Below, piece after piece: positions 61,280 to 64,000 of a stretch of 64,000 nt of DNA. The stretch covers positions 62,001 to 126,000 of the forward strand of contig NIVC01000025.1 of NCBI GenBank assembly GCA_002269645.1. The letters run 5' to 3'. The translations under genes were made by a program, and so were the position numbers. Below the pieces are notes generated by a model that was given only the letters and a program-made list of their open reading frames with translations, was not told where the DNA came from and ran no database searches. Positions within the stretch are counted from its first letter, which is position 1; each line of letters opens with the position of its first letter. This stretch comes from Macrostomum lignano. Its lineage: Eukaryota.

Positions 61280-61690
61280 GCAGCAGAGCTCCTTATTGGT
61301 AAGGTATCGCGTCAGATCAAGGGTCGACAAACTCCGGACGGCGAGTCACTTGCGGCCTGCAATGGGCCCTCGGGTCCTTTGAAACTTCAAAATAGCAATC
61401 CGGCCGATCAGGGTTGCTGTCGCTCCTCAGCTCCCTTTACTCTCCTCTCCTCTCCTCTCATGTCTAATCTTTAATCTCTTCTCATCTCCTCTGGTGCCCT
61501 ATTTTCTCCTTTACTACATCGCCTCTGGTTTATCCTATCTTTCTTCTCTATTCCCTCTCTTCTCTTTCCTCCTCTTGCCCGCAGTCTTGCGCTAGGTTCA
61601 CCATCTGGCCCTTGAGTAAAAAAATTTGCCGACCATTGTGCCAGACTCTCGCGCGAAAGTCCCTGGTTCGATTCCGGGTGCAATCACATT
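61280..61690 (+). mobile_element. tRNA-derived (SINE-like) head split by a hAT MITE
   Basis: Removing 61318-61638 joins GAGCTCCTTATTGGTAAGGTATCGCGTCAGA to CTCTCGCGCGAAAGTCCCTGGTTCGATTCCGGG (B box GGTTCGATTCC). Confidence 0.5.
61318..61638. mobile_element. Older hAT-type MITE, 321 bp
   Basis: Imperfect TIR CAAGGGTCGACAAACT / reverse complement CAATGGTCGGCAAATT; diverged 8-bp flanks CGTCAGAT / TGCCAGAC. Confidence 0.65.
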
Positions 61691-61835
61691 AACGTGGGTC
61701 CGACAGCGCAAAAGTTCCCACCTGAGGCTTTTTGTACGATTCACGGCCATGAGAAATAACCTTTATTGTGTATATTCCCCAAGTCAGGGTCTCCAAATAC
61801 CCTGCACGTCTAGATTGTTGCTTTGATTAGCGGCA

Positions 61836-63692
61836 ATGCCCAACTCCGTCCAATTAAAAGCCAACAAAATCCACAGAATGCACACAGGAAACACAGGTAG
61901 AGTTGAGGTTTTATCTAGTTTAGTCAAACAGAAGATCTGATAGAAGTAAAAAAACGCAAGGGTAAGTGAGTAGACTGTTGCTGGACGCAGCCAATTCCCC
62001 GCAGACATGAGGATAGAGCGAAAGGGTCAGAGAGGAGACGCCGGCTAGCCACAACCAATCAGCGCAGAGATCAGGATAGAGCGAAAGGGTCAGAGAGGAG
62101 ACACCGGCTAGCCACAACCAACCAGCGCAGAGATTAGGATAGAGCGAAAGGGTCAGAGAGGTGACGCCGGCTGGCCGCAACCAATCAGCACAGAGGTGAG
62201 GATAGAGCGAAAGGGTCAGAGAGGTGACGCCGGCTGGCCGCAACCAATCAGCACAGAGGTGAGAATAGAGCGAAAGGGTCAGAGAGGAGACGCCGGCTGG
62301 CCGCAACCAATCAGCGCGGAGATAAGAAGAGAGCATCAGAATTAAACTAAGACACCAACCGGTTTATAGTGAATCTCCACTAATATTTTCTTCAAGTTGC
62401 AGATGAGCCCTACTCATCTCTTTGGATCGTCAAGAAAACTACGGATGAGATTCTAGCGAACTTAAGGCTCTTCGTGGCTCCAACCGCATCTGCGGTGAGC
62501 ATAGTGGGCCTTCTTCTATCCGTATGGGCGTTCGCTAGAACCTGGCGCGTCCTCAAAGGCAAGGACCTGCTGCTGTGCGCCAATATCGCGGCCGACTTCG
62601 TCACCGTTGTTACCACGTAATTTTCAATCGTTTGATTATCAAATGGCCAAGCCGCACACGTTACCAGGCACAAAAATAATTAGGCAAGTTAGCAAAAAGT
62701 GAAGTATAAGAGATAGTCTACTATGAGTAGTAATAGCAGGAGGGCTGCGGGCACCCTTCGGCGACATCGTCCTAGAAGCAGCGCCGAAGTAATTCTGCTC
62801 ATTACGCTGCTCGGCACGCACTCATACACACGCTCACACAGGGTCGTCAGTCATGTACACTCTCACCTAGCAGTCCTTGCCAATGTCCCTTCCTGGTGTC
62901 CGCAGGCTGACTGCCCGCGAGTTTCTCAACGGCGGCCTCGGTAGTCGAATGTCGCTAGCGCTGCCCCACCTGGCTCTGAACTGGGCCTGCAAGCTGTGGG
63001 CCTTCTTCTGGGTGCTCAGCAACAGCCTGTCGTCCAATTTGATTTGTCTGATGGCCGCGGACCAGATCTACGCCCTGTGCTGGCCGCTGCGCCACCGAAC
63101 TCGCATGACAAAGCGGAAATACTGCCTGACGCTCTTCTTGTTCGTCTTTCTCTTTGCCTGCGCAGCAGCTCAGGGCGTCCTGTACGAGACTTACGACTAC
63201 TATGGGCAGAGGTACTGCTACCTGCCACTCATGCTGATCAAAGTCGTCTCCGAGCTCACCCAGGCCTACGCCTCGCTGCTACTTAACGGCGTTGTTAGCA
63301 GCATAGCTCTGGCCGTTAGCAACGTCTTCATCTGCGCCAAGATCTTGTCGATTCGAGCAGCCAGTGCGAAGCTGCAGCAGCAGGCGGACCAGCAGGCGGT
63401 GGACCTGCGCGGCGCCAGAAGCCTGCTGGTCACTGCCGCCGTCTACCTACTGGTCTCGCTGCCCCGAGTGGCGACGTACTTTTTAGCCTATCTCAACATC
63501 CGCTACAACATGTGGGATAACGGGGACATCATGAACCCACTGCTGCTGGCGCTGGCTAACGTTTTCAACTACCTGTTCTACGTGTACTGCTCGGTTAACT
63601 GGCTGCTCTGCGGTCTGCGAATTAGGCTGTTTCGCCACCAGTTCAACCAGCTCCTGGGCCGCCTCAGGCAGCGCGCCACTGGGCCTGCGTAG
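61836..63692 (+). CDS. Divergent rhodopsin-like (class A) GPCR, about 353 aa; exons 61836-61896 (tentative), 62403-62616, 62906-63692
   Basis: Seven hydrophobic helices; TM3 Cys (ACKLW), DRY-like AADQIYALCWPLR, ECL2 Cys (YCY), TM6 LLVSLPR, TM7 SVNWLLC, helix 8 RLFRHQF; phases consistent. Confidence 0.82.
61990..62320. repeat. About 63-bp minisatellite, about 5 copies (GPCR intron 1)
   Basis: ..CGCCGGCTGGCCGCAACCAATCAGCACAGAGGTGAGGATAGAGCGAAAGGGTCAGAGAGG..; one CCAAT per unit. Confidence 0.9.
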
Positions 63693-63764
63693 GCTGCTAA
63701 AGTTTGAGGACATTTGGCACCAACTCTAAGCTCCCAATGTGACGTCACACAATTACACATCTGG

Positions 63765-64000
63765 CGCCAACCCTAGCTCTCAGATCGGTTCCAATTAACC
63801 CTAGCTCTCAGAATGGGCGATTAACCCTGGCTTCCTAGATCGGCGCCAATTAACCCTAGCTTTTAGATCGCGCCAATTATCCTTAGCTTTCAGATCGGCG
63901 CCAATCAACCCTAGCTCGATCAGATTGGCGCCAAATAAACCTAGCTCTCAGATCGGCGCCAATTAACCGTGGCTCTCAGATCAGCGCCAATTAACCGTGG
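63765..64000. repeat. About 28-bp degenerate minisatellite running off the window end
   Basis: GATCGGCGCCAATTAACCCTAGCTCTCA. Confidence 0.88.

Overview
Eukaryotic (metazoan) genomic DNA, not prokaryotic: GC-rich coding exons are separated by GT-AG introns, many of which are filled with their own minisatellite. This style resembles the flatworm Macrostomum lignano (inference from style only). Eight spliced or single-exon genes were rebuilt by hand with consistent exon phases: threonyl-tRNA synthetase (+, with a possible mitochondrial N-terminal extension), eIF3 subunit L (+), a secreted PAN/apple-like + LamG-like protein (-), a Delta/DSL-like type I membrane protein without EGF repeats (+), a selenocysteine (TGA) phospholipid-hydroperoxide glutathione peroxidase (-), a 1143-aa fusion of two tandem HAD phosphatase domains with choline dehydrogenase (+), FANK1 (+) and a divergent class A GPCR (+). 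The HAD-HAD-CHDH fusion is the most striking item: it is joined inside a single exon and has an internal mitochondrial-peptidase-like site at the junction. The window also holds several non-autonomous DNA transposons (hAT with 8-bp TSDs, PIF/Harbinger with a CAG TSD) and more than 30 tandem arrays. Most long ORFs in the supplied track are repeat artefacts. No CRISPR, rRNA or intact tRNA genes were found.
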